The notes under the pieces are model-generated. The model was not told the DNA's origin. It saw only the letters and a list, made by a program, of their open reading frames with translations, and ran no database searches. From positions 124,001 to 188,000 of the forward strand of contig JAMDHS010000016.1 of assembly GCA_029717555.1 (NCBI GenBank): a stretch of DNA of 64,000 bases. The letters run 5' to 3'. Below, in pieces: positions 49,955 to 62,758 of this stretch. Source of the DNA: Peribolospora baueri. Its lineage: Eukaryota. Position 1 is the first letter of the stretch. Each line of letters starts with the position of its first letter. The position numbers and the translations under genes are program-made.

Positions 49955-51624
49955 TCACCCTCTAGCTTTACATTTCGTCCGGTGAGACCCTTCACACAGC
50001 GATTGCGGTTGCCCCTCAGGCACCCCATCTCCCCGACTGTCACCCTCGCCTCCTCCTCCGCCGTTCCCCCTCCCCGCCCGCTCTAGTCGTTCGTCCTTCA
50101 ACATCCACGCCGGCCACCACTCTTCCCCGTTCTCATCCTTCTTCGGCGTCGGCGGAAACGAGGAGGAAGAGTGACGGGAGACAGAGAGCAAAGCGGCACT
50201 TCCGTCGCCGTCGCCATCCCCTCCCTCCTCGCCCCCAACCGGCCGCACGCGCAACACGGGGTTCCGGAACGTGTTGAACGTCGATCCGAGCGAAGTGTAA
50301 CCTAGGTCATAGAGCGAGCAGTACGGGATGCCTGGCGCCGGAAGCGGTCTGTCCCCCTCCCTCCCGTCGCCCAGAGGCTTCACCTCAGCCGACGACGGTT
50401 CGAGTCCGTTTGCGTTTGGCGCGATCGAGATGCCGTTCACGGCCGTCGAATTCGACGACGGCCGTTGTGTCGGCGAATCTGCTGCTGAAGAAGACGTGGG
50501 CGTGAGGTCGGGACATCGCAGGAACGCCCATACGTCCTCGTATGTCCAGTCCAGGATGGGATGGATGCGCTCCACCTGTGGCCAGTCCGGGTCCGTGAGC
50601 GCCCTCGGTGTCAGCGTCCCTGGTCGAACAAGTTGGATGGGCAAGGGGAAGCAAATCAACGAGTCAGGCGGGGCTGTGCGCTGGGAAGTGCAAAGTGCAG
50701 TGGAGCAAACTAACCGCCATGTGGATCGTTCCTTCTCGTCCCCACAAAGATTGCCCTCACCTCCCTCGCCCTGTCTCTGTCCTTCCCCAACTTTGCTCCT
50801 CCTTCCGCGTCGCTCGTCGCCACACCCCCTCCTGCCAAGTACGTCGCGAGACCAGGTTTCATCGGCCCGCTCACGCTGACGAGGTCCAAGTTGTACCGAG
50901 GAATCGACGAGCGGACGAATGCTTCCATGAGAGGGAAGGGCGAGAGACAAGTGACGTAAACGGAAGGCAGGAGAGGTAAAGACGATGGTTGAGGTTGCGA
51001 TCGAGAGGAGTCGACGGGGTTAGACGAGGCCGATGATGGTCGTGGTCGATGCATTCGGAGGAGGACGGCGGCCATGATGTGAACCAGGACGGTGCCTGGA
51101 TAGACGTCGTGCGTCGACGGCAAGGAACGCAGGAACGAATGGCATGTCAGAACCGCCGAGCGCCCGCCAGGACCAACCAAATGAGCGCTCACAGTCCTTC
51201 CCTCCGTTAAAGCTGAGAGCTATATGCTCCAACCTAGTCGCAAGGAGGACAATGTATTGGTTGCCGCAAGAGTGAGTACTTGTCGACAAGAGATCGTCAT
51301 TCGCTCAGGACACGGTCGCACTCACCCGTACTCCTCGATGACCTCCGCACACAGTCGCATCGCGTCCCGGACCTTCCTCCCGAGCTCTCTCTTCGCTACA
51401 TCTTCCTTCCTCTTGGATTCACGATCGCCCTCACCTTCCCTCCCGCTCTCAGGCGCTGGCGCATCAGCGTACTCGGCGAGCGCGTGCACCGCCATGAGAG
51501 AGGACATCCATGCCGAGTCCGGAGCCACCTGTATCGGCGCTGGCGGCACCGACGATGAAGTGCGGGAAGAAGAGTGGGAAGGGTCGACGGGAATAGGACC
51601 CTGGCGCGAGAGGGACGAGGCCAT
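49955..51624 (-). CDS. FAD1: FAD synthetase (FMN adenylyltransferase; multi-exon)
   Basis: ALSFNGGKDC|TVL, AIFVGTRRNDPHG, TDPDWP..RIHPILDWTYEDVWAFL, YCSLYDLGYTSLG and ERAGR. Confidence 0.94.
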
Positions 51625-52644
51625 CTCTGCTTATTCTGAGCTGCCTCGAGCGAGGCCGATCCTGCGCTTGGCGGTGCGAGCGAAGAACATGGACTACTCC
51701 GTCCACGCCTCATCAGTCCTTCTCGAATCGCTGGGCCGGCTCGGGGAGCGCCTGCCGGAGCACGTGACCGCCGATCACTCTCGCCCGTTGCGCCCTTGCT
51801 CGTCGTTAACACCTATCCGTCCTTTTTCCCGTCCTCAAGGTGTCGGGCGGATGTGTACCGCTGGGAACGAAGTGTCGACTGCACCCACAGCGCATCTGCT
51901 GTCTCGAGGAGAGCTGGAAAGTGTCAGTCTGCGACTGGGCCGAATGGCTTCGGTGCACCCAGACGCCCATTACTGACCTGCCGAAGCTGCCGAGTGGGAG
52001 CGAGTGCTACCTGTACCATACAGGTAGCCGCCGGCCGTCGTTCCCCTCCGCCTCCGCCTCCTCCTCGCCTCTCGTCATTTGTGCTGACCTCCCTTTAGCC
52101 CTTGGTGTCTCTTGTGTTTCAGGGTCTGTAGCCGGCCCCTGGCGTTGGCTTTGCGTAAGCCATGTCCGGACAAGTTAGCTTCTGTGGAGCTCCCTTCTGT
52201 TGAGTGCGACGTCGAGCAAGACGGGCCTGACCTTTGCCGATGATTGCAACAGTGATGAAGTCCCGATCTGTGATTGATCATCATATCCACTTGCACACCT
52301 ACTTGCGTACGCGGCGGTGGTTCAAGCTAGACGATGAGGTGTTTGACTGTCGCTGAGAACGCCTCCCATCGGTGGCCCGTCTCACTCTCTCTCCTCTTTC
52401 TCGTCCCGGTCGCATCTTTAAGGCACGATACATCTTGTCTTCCCCTCATACAGGCTCTATCTAGAGTGCACTGACGTGGGTCCGCTTATCTGTCGTCGGC
52501 TTGGCATCCGCGTCAGCCGCCGAGACTGGAGCCCCGCAACTTCCTCTTCCGCTGCCGCTATCAATATGAAGAGATCTATCTCTCTGCCCAGACCTCCTCC
52601 TCCACTTCACCTCACCGCCCAGCTCTACTTCACCTCGTCTCATC

Positions 52645-54276
52645 ATGTCCCTCTCGACCCATTCTGCTCTCCCTCCGTTCCCCTCAGACGTCGAGACCGT
52701 AGCTTTGCTCGTCATCGATCATGCCAAGCTCACTTGCCAAGACGCCGAGGTGAGGGAGGCCGAGGAGGAGCGCATGTGGCAGGCTTGCAAGCAGCTCGGT
52801 GAGTGTGCCCATCCTTATCGTCTTTCAACCAGTCGACGACCTCATTCTCGCTTTGACGGCTCGCGCTTTGGGCACTGTAGGCTTCTTCTATCTTAAAGAT
52901 CCTCCCATCAACCCGAACCCAATGTTCGACCTCGCCAAAGAGTGCGTTATTCCTCCAGCAGGGTCAACTGACGCTCGCTGTAGGTACACGACGCTTGTCT
53001 GACGTCTTCGTTTTATTGATCAGGACCTTTGACCTTCCCCAAGAAGAGAAGGATCGGTTTGACATGGGCGTCACTGGCCGCTACTTTGGATACAAGAAGC
53101 AGGGGGCGATGGTGGTGTGTACGTGCGCTCTTACCAGGCCCGTGAGCCTCGCTGCTGACGTTTGCTTCGCATTATACTTCCTTCTTCAGCTGGATAGTCG
53201 GGGAACGCTGGACCGCTCCGAGTTTTACAATGTGCGCCTTTCTCTCCCTTCCTCTGTTCACGCCATGGACGCACTGGCTCATGTCACGTTCTCCCACCAT
53301 TCTCAGACGTCGAAGGATTCCATCCTCTCCTCGTCTTTCTCCACCTCCCATCCGGCACCAATCGTTCAGACTCCTGACATTGCCACTTTCTCGAGGACCT
53401 CTCACTCGGTGGTCCAACTCATTCTCGGCGTTCTCTCGCGTAAACTGCTCATCCCCAACGACTCACCCATCTCGCTGCCCAAGCTCCATCGCTATGACGC
53501 TCCTTCCGGCGATCAGATTCGCTTCACCAGGGTTCCTCCCAGCATGGTGGAGGAGAGCCAGCAGGATTTGGCGTTGAAGGAACATACCGACTTCGGGAGC
53601 GTAACTATTCTGTGAGTCGCTCCACGTCCTCAGTCCCACTCCCTTGATTTCCTGCAACCGTTTTCAATGTAGACTGAGTGGGAATATGGTCTCTCACACC
53701 GCTCCACGATCAGCTTCAACCGCTTGGGAGGCCTTCAGATCCTGCCCCCATCGACAGCGTCCAGTCCAAAGCCCCACTGGACGTACGTTCGGCCCCTCCC
53801 CGGCCACGCCATCGTGAACCTCGGAGACGCGCTCGTAAAGTTGTCCGCCGGCATCCTGCGATCCAACCTGCACAGGGTAATTTCTCCGCCTGGGGAACAA
53901 GCTGGCCTCGAACGATTCAGCATCGTCTACTTCTCCAGACCCGAGAATGACATCCCCCTCAGGCCCTTGGCAGACGAGGGAGAGAGTCCCCTCGTCAAGG
54001 AGGGACTGCAAGCTGATAGCACATGGGGCCAGGGCGAAGTTCTGACGGCTCAGCAATGGGTTGCGAGAAGGGTCAAGAACACGATGGCAGCCAACTTCAA
54101 GGTAAGACGGTAGCCTCCTTTCCACGTACACGTCGTTCGGTCGGAGCCCTTTTTCCACTCTCCATTTCTTTGTCTGAAGCTGACACGAAATGGATCTCAA
54201 TTTGCATTCGTGCCTCCTCCGATAGGGCGAAGAGAGCTGGTTGCTGGCTCGGGGGACCGAAGGTATGCGCGTTTAG
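52645..54276 (+). CDS. 2OG-Fe(II) dioxygenase, isopenicillin-N-synthase-like (DIOX_N) family; 3' end uncertain
   Basis: ACKQL|GFFYLK, YFGYK, EHTDFGSVTIL|FNRLGGLQIL, AIVNLGDAL, LHRV and RFSIVYFSRP (HxD...H...RxS). Confidence 0.88.
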
Positions 54277-54545
54277 GCCACCCGTCATGCTCTGCTCCCC
54301 GCCTCTATCTCCGTGTATTTTAGCCCTACATATCTCCTTGTCGATCACAAGCAGCCTTGATTTGACGCGCCCGCCGGCGAGGAACGTGCTGCGTCGGGTA
54401 CAGTTTGCGCAACTCACTTGAGCAGCCGGTCATCGATCGTCTTCACACATTCTCGCACGCTCGTTTCCGTCCATGGCAACGTTCAGTATGGGTCGCCTTG
54501 GTATATTCAAACATCTATCCACGTCCAACAAAGCATTCTTTCCCT

Positions 54546-56721
54546 TTAGTCCTCATCACTCAGCAACTCGGCCAACTCGGCCTCTTCCTCCGCGGTCAAC
54601 GTCGAAGAGCTGTTCAACCCTGTCCGCGACGTGCTCGTCGGAGGGACGCTGTCCGGTCCAGCGGTGGCTATCGAGCTGTCGAGCTCGCTCTTTGAGAGTG
54701 CCGTCGCGGCGGCTAGGACACTCGTGTGGGTCGAAGAGGACGCGTGCAGTCGGGCCGTTGGTTGAGAAATGTCTGCACGACGGGCGGCGAGGGCAAAAAG
54801 GTGATGATTGGAGAATGTAGGAGAATTGCAAAGTCAGAGAAAGGGGTCAGCTCAGTTCCATCCGTCGATCCAAGGTCGGGGACGTCGCTCGACGAGGACA
54901 AAACACAGATGAGCGACTTCTGACCAGTCGCCACTCACCAGACAACCTCCACCTCCTGATCGTACCATCCAAACCCGCGCTGACGACCCACAGCTCTCTC
55001 CGCTTCTTCCCACCCGAGCCCTCTACCGAACGCCACCAAGCGCCGAGCGCGCCAATCTCGTCCCAATGTCCCTCCACCTCGCGCACCAACTTGGCCTGGC
55101 GCAGATGGATACCGCCCTGCGCTGGCTTTGACGCAGGGGTCGACTCGTCGAGCAGGTCTTCCACCCGGGACGAGGGGCTTAAATCCCAGACGCGGATATG
55201 CTCGTCCGTCGAACCCGTGAGGACGTAATTCGGCAGCGATGGCTCCAAGGAGGAGCGTCGAAGGTGAGAGAATACGAGAATGGAGCGAACGTAGTATGGG
55301 TGGGGAAGGGTGTGCTTGGGCGTGGACGAGAGCTGTCCTGATGGGAGCACGGATGCGGAATTGGATGATGATGGCGACTGGAGGAGGAAGCACTGGGCCG
55401 TCTTGTCGGCGGAGACTGTCGAATGCAATGTAAGATGCGAGGTCGTAAACATTTCGATGTTCTAAAGCCGCCTTCCATCTTTAGCAGTAGGGGGCAACGG
55501 CTATCTTTGTCGCACTGCGACCACACTTACCCGACCACAGCTCCACACCCCACTCGACAGGACCGTTCTCCTCATCTTCGTCCTCATCCTCATCCAAGAC
55601 CCACCCGACGCTCAAGTCATAAACCGCGGTCGCGTGTCCCTTAAGTTCCCTGCCAACCGTCCCCCTCACCCTCAGCTCATCCTTCTCTCCTGCGCTGCCG
55701 GCCACTTCCAGCTTCACTTCATAGATACGGCCCATCGAGTCGGCCGTGTAGATCAGCGGCGGTTGGCCCAAGAAAGCTCCAGAAGGAGGGGCAGCGAGCA
55801 CATCCACTGGCCTGGTGTGCTCGCGGAATACTCCCGCCACGGGGACCTGAGCCTCTTGGAGTGACGAAAGAGAGGAGGCACCATCTCGAAAGAGGGAGGA
55901 GAGATAACGAAGGTCCCAGAATCGCACGAGCTTGTCCGAACCGCCAGAGACGAGAAGGGGGAGCGAATTTTGGGATTGGGCGGGCGAAGAAGAGCCAACA
56001 GGCATAGAAGGAAGGATCAAAAGCGCCTTGACGAAGTCCGAGTGGGCGGAGGGCAGGGTGAGCAAGGGGCGCGGCCTAGAAGTGATGTTAGAGGAGGCAG
56101 GCTGGTGAACAAGAAAGCAAAAAGGTCAGGACCGGCCCGCACTTCACGACTTGAGCAGCTATACGGATACATATCATGCTCTCCATCACGCCTTATCCTG
56201 CACTCGTGAACCGACTCGCTTGCTCGTCACAAACAAAGACCCACCTCGACCTCCCAAACTTTGATACTCTTGTCCCAAGACCCGCTGAACAACACCGTCC
56301 TCTTCCCTTCCCACCCACCAACCTCCCAAAAGGCCAGAGCAGCGACGGGACCTGTGTGGCCCTTGAGCACCTGCAGAGTCTTCCCGCTCTCCAGGTCCAC
56401 GCGACGGATTTGGCCGCTGCTCTCGGCGGTCCAAGCCTCCCCATCGACGACTCGCATCGACAGCACTTTCGCCGGCGCCGCGGCTCCCTCCAAAGCCGAT
56501 TCCACATTGGCACTCTTCGCATCCTCCACGCTATCATCACTCGAAGGAAAGTTCACGGACGGCCTTGCGAGAGAGGTCGCGCCGGCCAGCACGATCGGAT
56601 CCCCGTACCTGTCCGGCTGGGAATCCGGTCCCGTCGTCCGCGCGGCCTTGGAGGCACGAAGGTCGGCGGCGCGGAGGGATGCGTCGGATTGGAAGAGGTT
56701 TGAAGGGTTCGTCGTTTGCAT
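54546..56721 (-). CDS. WD40-repeat protein (multi-exon)
   Basis: KGHTGPV, SGSWDKSIKVW, AHSDFVK, GGSDKLVRFWD, GSTDEHIRVWD, GHWDEI, AGLDGTIRRW; acidic tail LTAEEEAELAELLSDED. Confidence 0.88.
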
Positions 56722-57061
56722 GTTCGGGCGATGCAGAAGTTGTAGAGGAGGAGGATTGGCCGGAACTAGCACCTGGTTGGGTTCTTCAACACCTCGTGAC
56801 TGCGGCGTACGTAGTAGGTGGTCCGAGCGCTCATCACGTGATTGACTGGGCGTCATTCGTAATCCGCCCTCTTGCTCAGCAACGGTCGCCGAGGGGCCCG
56901 TAGACAAGGTCTGAGTCCTGTTGTTTTCTGTAAGTGCACACCAGGTCTTCTTCGTATACGCACAAGCTCTTGGCTCTGTCCGGTCTTCTTCGTATATGCA
57001 ACAAGCCCTTGGCTCTGTTTGTTTTTTTACTTGCCTTTCTCAAGCTCCCAGAGACACGATA

Positions 57062-58799
57062 ATGACGGCACGCGCAGGCCCTTCGGTCATCGGCTTCGAC
57101 GAGCTGGTGCCGTTCGACGTTAACGTACCCCCTTCCGACGTCACGCCCACGGAGACTATCATTCACGGTCGCAAGGGAGGGAGTGTTGGCCCGGTTGTCT
57201 TGCTGCTGCATGGGCACCCACAGGTGACTGTTTGGCTCTCTAGCAGTCTTGCTCTGTGCAATGCTGTCGTCAGTCGAGTTGTCCCCTGGGCCCGGGATCG
57301 AAATGAAAGAAATAACTAGTTGCTTTTCGCTCACTCAAAATTTTGTTCTTGACGCGCGCGGTGACAGACCCATTATTCTTTCCACCGCCTCGTCCCTCTT
57401 CTCACTCCTCATTTCTTCGTCGTTATACCCGATCTCAGAGGCCATGGCGGCTCGAGCAAGCCCCTCGGGGATCAAGAGCATGCGAAGTACTCAAAGAGAG
57501 AGATGGCCAGGGATATTATATATGTCATGTGAGTATCCAAGTCTGATGCGGAGCTTTGACTGGCGAGAGCCTTTTGGCGGATGTCAGGTGTGCGAGTGGG
57601 AAGCACCTTGTTCTCTTCGCTGCGGAACATCAAGTCGAAAAATCCGATGAATGGCGCTTAAGTGATTCTGGTTTCGCTGCGACTAGGGACTACTTTGGCC
57701 ATCCCCGCTTTTGCATTGTAGGCCATGATCGCGGTGGACGTGTAGGACATCGCATGGCGGTTGACTGGCCGGAACACGTGGAGCGCCTCGTCGTGCTCGA
57801 CATAGTGCCGACGGTACGTTTCCTCGCGTCCTCTATGTCTCCATCGTGCAACCTCGCCGCGCTGACACATTCGCGCGCTTTGAACCGCACATACTTTGGA
57901 GCAGCTTACCATGTATGAGAAGACGAACATAGAGTTCGCGACCAAGTACTGGCAGTGAGTCTCAACCCTGTCCCGTCCACGGCGGACGAGAGTCGTTTTG
58001 ATGCCCTAACTCCCACCTCATATATCCGTCGTCTCGCAGTTGGTTCTTCTTGATCCAAGATGCGCCCTTCCCTGAGACTTTTAGTGCGCACAAAATACCA
58101 TGAGCCAATCTATATTTGCGGTCCCGTCATGCTTACAGGCCTCCTGTTCCTCCTCCAGTCAATTCCCAGCCGATCGCCTACCTTGCCAAGCTCTTCTCGC
58201 GCCCCTCGTCGACCGTCGCTGCCACCATCCCTTCCACCCAGCCCTCCGCCCAACCATCTTTGATCGAACCCGTTCAACCTGACCTCTCTATTGATGCCGC
58301 CATCTCCACCCTCTCCTCCAAGATCCACACACCCGAAGCGGTGACGGCCTACTACTACAACATTCGTGACCCACGCGCCGTCCACGCCATGTGCGAGGAC
58401 TACCGCGCCTCTCGCACGATCGACCTCTCTCTCGATGGCGAGGACCGCACGACCGCTTTGGACGTGTTCACCCAGATCGCCGCCGACGCCGAAACAGATC
58501 TGGAAGACGAGGAGGCAGTGCAGAGGGCCGCTTGCGAGGTGGCCAAGTCGTCTGACGCAGCCCTGGCCAATCGCAAGCACAACGGACTAGTCCAGTGCCC
58601 CGTCAAGGTTTTGTGGGCGAGTAAGGGCGTTATCGAAGAGTTGTACGATCCCCTGGCTGAATGGGGGCTCGTCGTGCAAGGCGGCAAAGATAGAGTTAAG
58701 GGGCGGAAGGTGGAAAGCGGCCACTATCTTCCAGAAGAGAGGCCGGAAGAAGTTGCCGGTGAGGTGCTCACTTTCCTGGAGGGCGTCCAGGGCCTTTGA
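57062..58799 (+). CDS. Alpha/beta hydrolase, haloacetate/fluoroacetate dehalogenase-like (multi-exon)
   Basis: [50 protein letters not shown] (His codon split by an intron), AMCEDYRA and [10 protein letters not shown]. Confidence 0.85.
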
Positions 58800-60159
58800 A
58801 TGGACTCGACCTTTGGCAAAGCAGAGATGCACCGGCTTGCTGGCGTTCGAACGAGTGCAGAATGGGGCAAATTAGGGTAGCAAGCAAACGGTGAACCTTA
58901 ACCTCCCTATCTACGTGCAGAAGTCATTTCACATGTTTCTACGAGAAAGCCTTTGACAGGCTTACTGTGACGGCATTGCAATTGAAAACGGTCAAACGTC
59001 CACACGTCCTGACAATAGCGTGATCATTCCTTGAACGAGAGGTGAACGCCCCTATCCGTTTCACCATTTCAGGAGGATCCGTATCAATGGAAATGCTAAG
59101 TACAGGACGCTCCGAGTAAGGGACGGACCAAAGAAGCACGACGAATGAGAAGAGCGAATGGGTCGCCTAAGACTGGTGGCCACGAAGCGGCGCGGCGCGA
59201 CGCGACGCGACGCAACAGGTTAGCACATACAATCTTAACTCTTCGCAGACCAGAAAGAGGAGCCAAAGTCGACCTGCGACAGACAAACCAAAAAGGGCAA
59301 ATATGAAAAGGGGGCTGAGACGTTTGATCCGAAGCACTGCTATGGGTGAAGGTGAGAGGAGGACATGGAGAGGATAGACCTTACAATAACCTTTTAAGCT
59401 CTTTCGAGAGAGGGCGCACGTCAGAAAGGACGCCGCCTCTGCACCCAACGCCAACCGGCGCTTCGAAGCGAGGTCGCCTGCTTCATGTCCATCGTTGCAA
59501 TGTCCGATGGCGACAAAGATGGTCGCTACCCGCACACTTGGTAGCAAGCAACGGCTCGAGGACGACGGCGAGGCGGTGCTGTACGTTCTCCGAGCCGACC
59601 CGCAAGCTTCAAGGCGGAGCGAGGCAGCGACGGCGCAAGCCGAAGGAAGATTGCAGGGAGCCTGTCTCGGAAATAACTACGACGAGGAGGACGAGGCTGA
59701 AAGAGGTGCCTAGAACAACGGCCCATCTTTGTCCGATGCCGGCGGTAGTCAGGTGGTTAGTTACATCGACGCGTCGGGAGTTGTCCTGGCCAAGAACAAG
59801 CCAAGGAGTCCACCGTCGTCTCGGCATTCCCACGTCCCATGCCCGACCTAACCGGCTTCTCCACCCCTTTGCATGCCCGCCACTCTTCCGCTCAGTCGTC
59901 GTCGACGCATATTGCGTGGCGACCTATTCATGGTATTTCTCTTTCCTTTGTAAAGTGACCTATGTTGTTCTAGCATCTCGTTTCTTTTACTATGTAGATC
60001 TCATAGAGGCCGCGCAGTGCTAGCTTCGGAAGCTCGCCCGGCGTCGAGTCTGCCCTTTTGGGGTATGGAAGAGTCGTTCTTCTCCAAAAGAGTCCGCAAG
60101 CGAGGAGACAAGGACGGGTAGAATGGATGCGGGGTCTGCCAGACTGGACCTTGTATCGC

Positions 60160-60940
60160 TCAGCCTATGAAGTTGACGACGAAAAAGTGAAGGATGATCG
60201 AGCCGAAGATAAAGTCTCCGAATGCCCTGGTGCGCCATCGTGGGATGGAATGAGTGCCACGAAGTGGGACAAAGCGAGGGAGACAAGAGAAACGATGCCA
60301 TGAGAATTTGTCCAACGCCTTGGACCCTCTACCTCACGCCTTGGAACAATGGTCCTAGCCGCTCCTTGGTATAGTACAGAGAGACAACTAAGGGCCCACT
60401 CACCGCTCTGGGGAGATCTCAAACTCCTTGTTCGCCGGGTTGCTCTGAGAGCGCAAAGAGGCAGCGAGTACAAATTGGCCCACCGTTGAGGCAAAGCTGC
60501 AATGCATTCAATGTGGGCGCCAACCCGATGGAGATTGTTAAGCACCAGTTTCAGCGAGTGGTCACAGCGTCGCCCCATACACCACGCTCGGACCCATGGA
60601 GCGAGCGGACCTCCGGTGTACTCACCCAGCAAGGAAAGCGTTGAAAGGAAAGTTGGTGACGAGGACGCAGTAGACAAACTGAGCAATGCCGGAGAGGATT
60701 ATGAAAAGCAGATAAGCGTCGATGAGCTTCAGACGGTAGGAGGTCGTCGAGTAGTATGAGTTCCAGAGAGAGACGAAAGCGCGGGACGAGCTGCGCAGGT
60801 GAACGGAGAATGAAAAGGCGGTGTTCAGTATGTTTATAAAGACTGGGACGCCCTCTCGCGTGCACGGCCGCTCGAACGGATTGGAGAGGAATCCTTAGCT
60901 ATACTCACCTGTCCGCTGCTGAGGACGACGAGGGTGCCAT
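60160..60940 (-). CDS. OST2: Oligosaccharyltransferase subunit OST2/DAD1, 118 aa, 4 exons (60940-60909, 60790-60626, 60496-60404, 60226-60160)
   Basis: Absent from the ORF track. The spliced product contains [73 protein letters not shown]; start context CCACCATGG. Confidence 0.96.
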
Positions 60941-61140
60941 GGTGGTCGTCGCACTCTACTCTCAATGCCAACGCAACGAACCGCCCAAAGTGATCGAGCC
61001 GACTGGACCTTCGCGGCGCCGCAGCTCGCGCTCTTCCCACGGCCCGCTGGCCTTGAGAAGGACTGGAGAATACCAAGGCGAGCAAAGCACGACTTCTGTT
61101 CGGACCAGCTTTCGATCCTCCCCTCCCTCACGTTTTCATC

Positions 61141-62443
61141 ATGTCGTTTGCGCGAAGGCTGTCTCCTGCCCTGCGCTCGCTCTGCGCCTCTCATCCGAGC
61201 CCCTCCTTTTGCCGGGCAGCAACAACTCCAGCGGCGGTCCGGTTCGGTGCTCGGAGCTCCCGTGCCCTTCATACCCTCCCGCCTTTCCCGTCGGAGTATG
61301 AGCATGGTATACAGCCTTTCCTTTCGCGACGAGCCGTGGATATCATCGCGAGAGAGTGGCAGGGGGGGCTGTTGGAGAGGTTGAATGATGAGGTTCGAGG
61401 TGCGTTTCTGAAGGCAAGCGCATTTCCTTACTTCGTAGCACCAGCTCTGCTCACGCCACACTTTCGCCCATTCCACGGTAACGCAGGGACGGAACTCGAG
61501 GACGCTTCGGTGGCTGAGACGGTGATCGCTGCAGCTCAGGACAGGAGCAAGGCTTTGATGTTCAACTACGCCAGCCAAGCTCTGAACAACAGTTTCTTCC
61601 TGACCAATCTGGTGAGCGGTTTGCCTCGAGCTTTGTCGCCGTTGTCGCACCTTCTCTTCGCACATTTGGCGGCTCTCTCCGTTTACTGGTTCTCACACCC
61701 TTGCGATCTGCGCCCTCCCCACGTTACAGTCGCCTGAGCCGAAGGAACTCCGACCACCAAGCTCCACCAATGGCGCTAGGACCGCCAGTGGGAGGAATCT
61801 CCTCCAAGCCATAGAGCACACCTACGATTCACTTCCCAATTTTAAGTCTGCCCTCTCGGCCACCGCTATGGGCATGTCTGGGTCCGGGTGGGTATGGCTT
61901 GTCATGGACCAGGAGCGCAGGTTGGGCATCGTGGCTACGTACGGCGCTGGCACGGTGTTGGTCCAGTCGCGGGAACAGAGGGGTGGAAAGGCGGTTGGAG
62001 GGCTTGGAGAGATTGTGGAACTGAAGGAGGATGCAGCACCGCAAGATCAGGATGTCTCTCAGCCGCCGCCGAAGTCTTCGAGCGCGGCCTCTCCATCGAC
62101 ACCCAACCCCCCGTCTGGCATCAGGACATTCTCCACTCGCGCCTCTTCTCCTCCCTTGTCCTCGTCCACCCTCTCCCGCCCCCTGAGCACGTCCTCCGCC
62201 GCCTCTCAAGGACTCCGGCCCGTCTCGTCGCTTTTTTCAGACTCGCCTTCCGGCGCCTCCCCCGCTCCCCCCGTCACGACCGGCGACGTCCTCTACCCGC
62301 TCTTCAACGTGTCCGTCCACGAACACGCTTGGATGCACGACTACGGCGTGTGGGGCAAGGAGGAATACCTGGTCAACTTTTGGAAAAACCTAGACTGGAG
62401 CAAGGTAGAGAACGTGTGGATGAAGTATTCCGGCTCGGCGTGA
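61141..62443 (+). CDS. Fe/Mn-SOD-fold mitochondrial small-subunit ribosomal protein (RSM26/MRP1, mS42/mS43-like)
   Basis: Mitochondrial presequence, FNYASQALNNSFF, GSGWVWLV and VHEHAWMHDYGVWGKEEYL..WKNLDW; the canonical SOD metal-ligand pattern is degenerate. Confidence 0.8.
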
Positions 62444-62758
62444 TGGGGTCTAGTTCGCGAGCTCTGCCATCGAAGCAGAGTGCGTTTCGCTGCTGGATCG
62501 GTGTTGGGAGAGCTCTGTCCTCAGCTCCCATCTCTGTAATCTAACATTCGCATGCCTCCCGCATTGCACGCATAGCCCCGCCCTGGCCCACGTTTGCACA
62601 CCACCACCACGATTGACGAGCCGAGCGGAGCCGAGCTGGTGAACTGGGCAAAGAGCGGCCCTGATAGCGAAGGTGTTTATGGTGAAATGAGGGTGGGGTC
62701 GAACGAGTCTACAAACAAACGTTTCGGCAGACAGGCCCTGAAAACGTCCCAGAACCTG

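Noticed and set aside
39503..51624. NRK1, GUT2 and FAD1 as a cofactor/redox gene cluster
   Set aside because: The genes are separated by long intergenic DNA and an unrelated gene, and share no single pathway. An ordinary housekeeping neighbourhood explains it.
60901..60911. ATACTCACCTG resembles the 5' end of U1 snRNA (ATACTTACCTG)
   Set aside because: It is the reverse complement of the first OST2 splice donor (CAG|GTGAGTAT). No U1-70K loop, U1A loop or Sm site follows.
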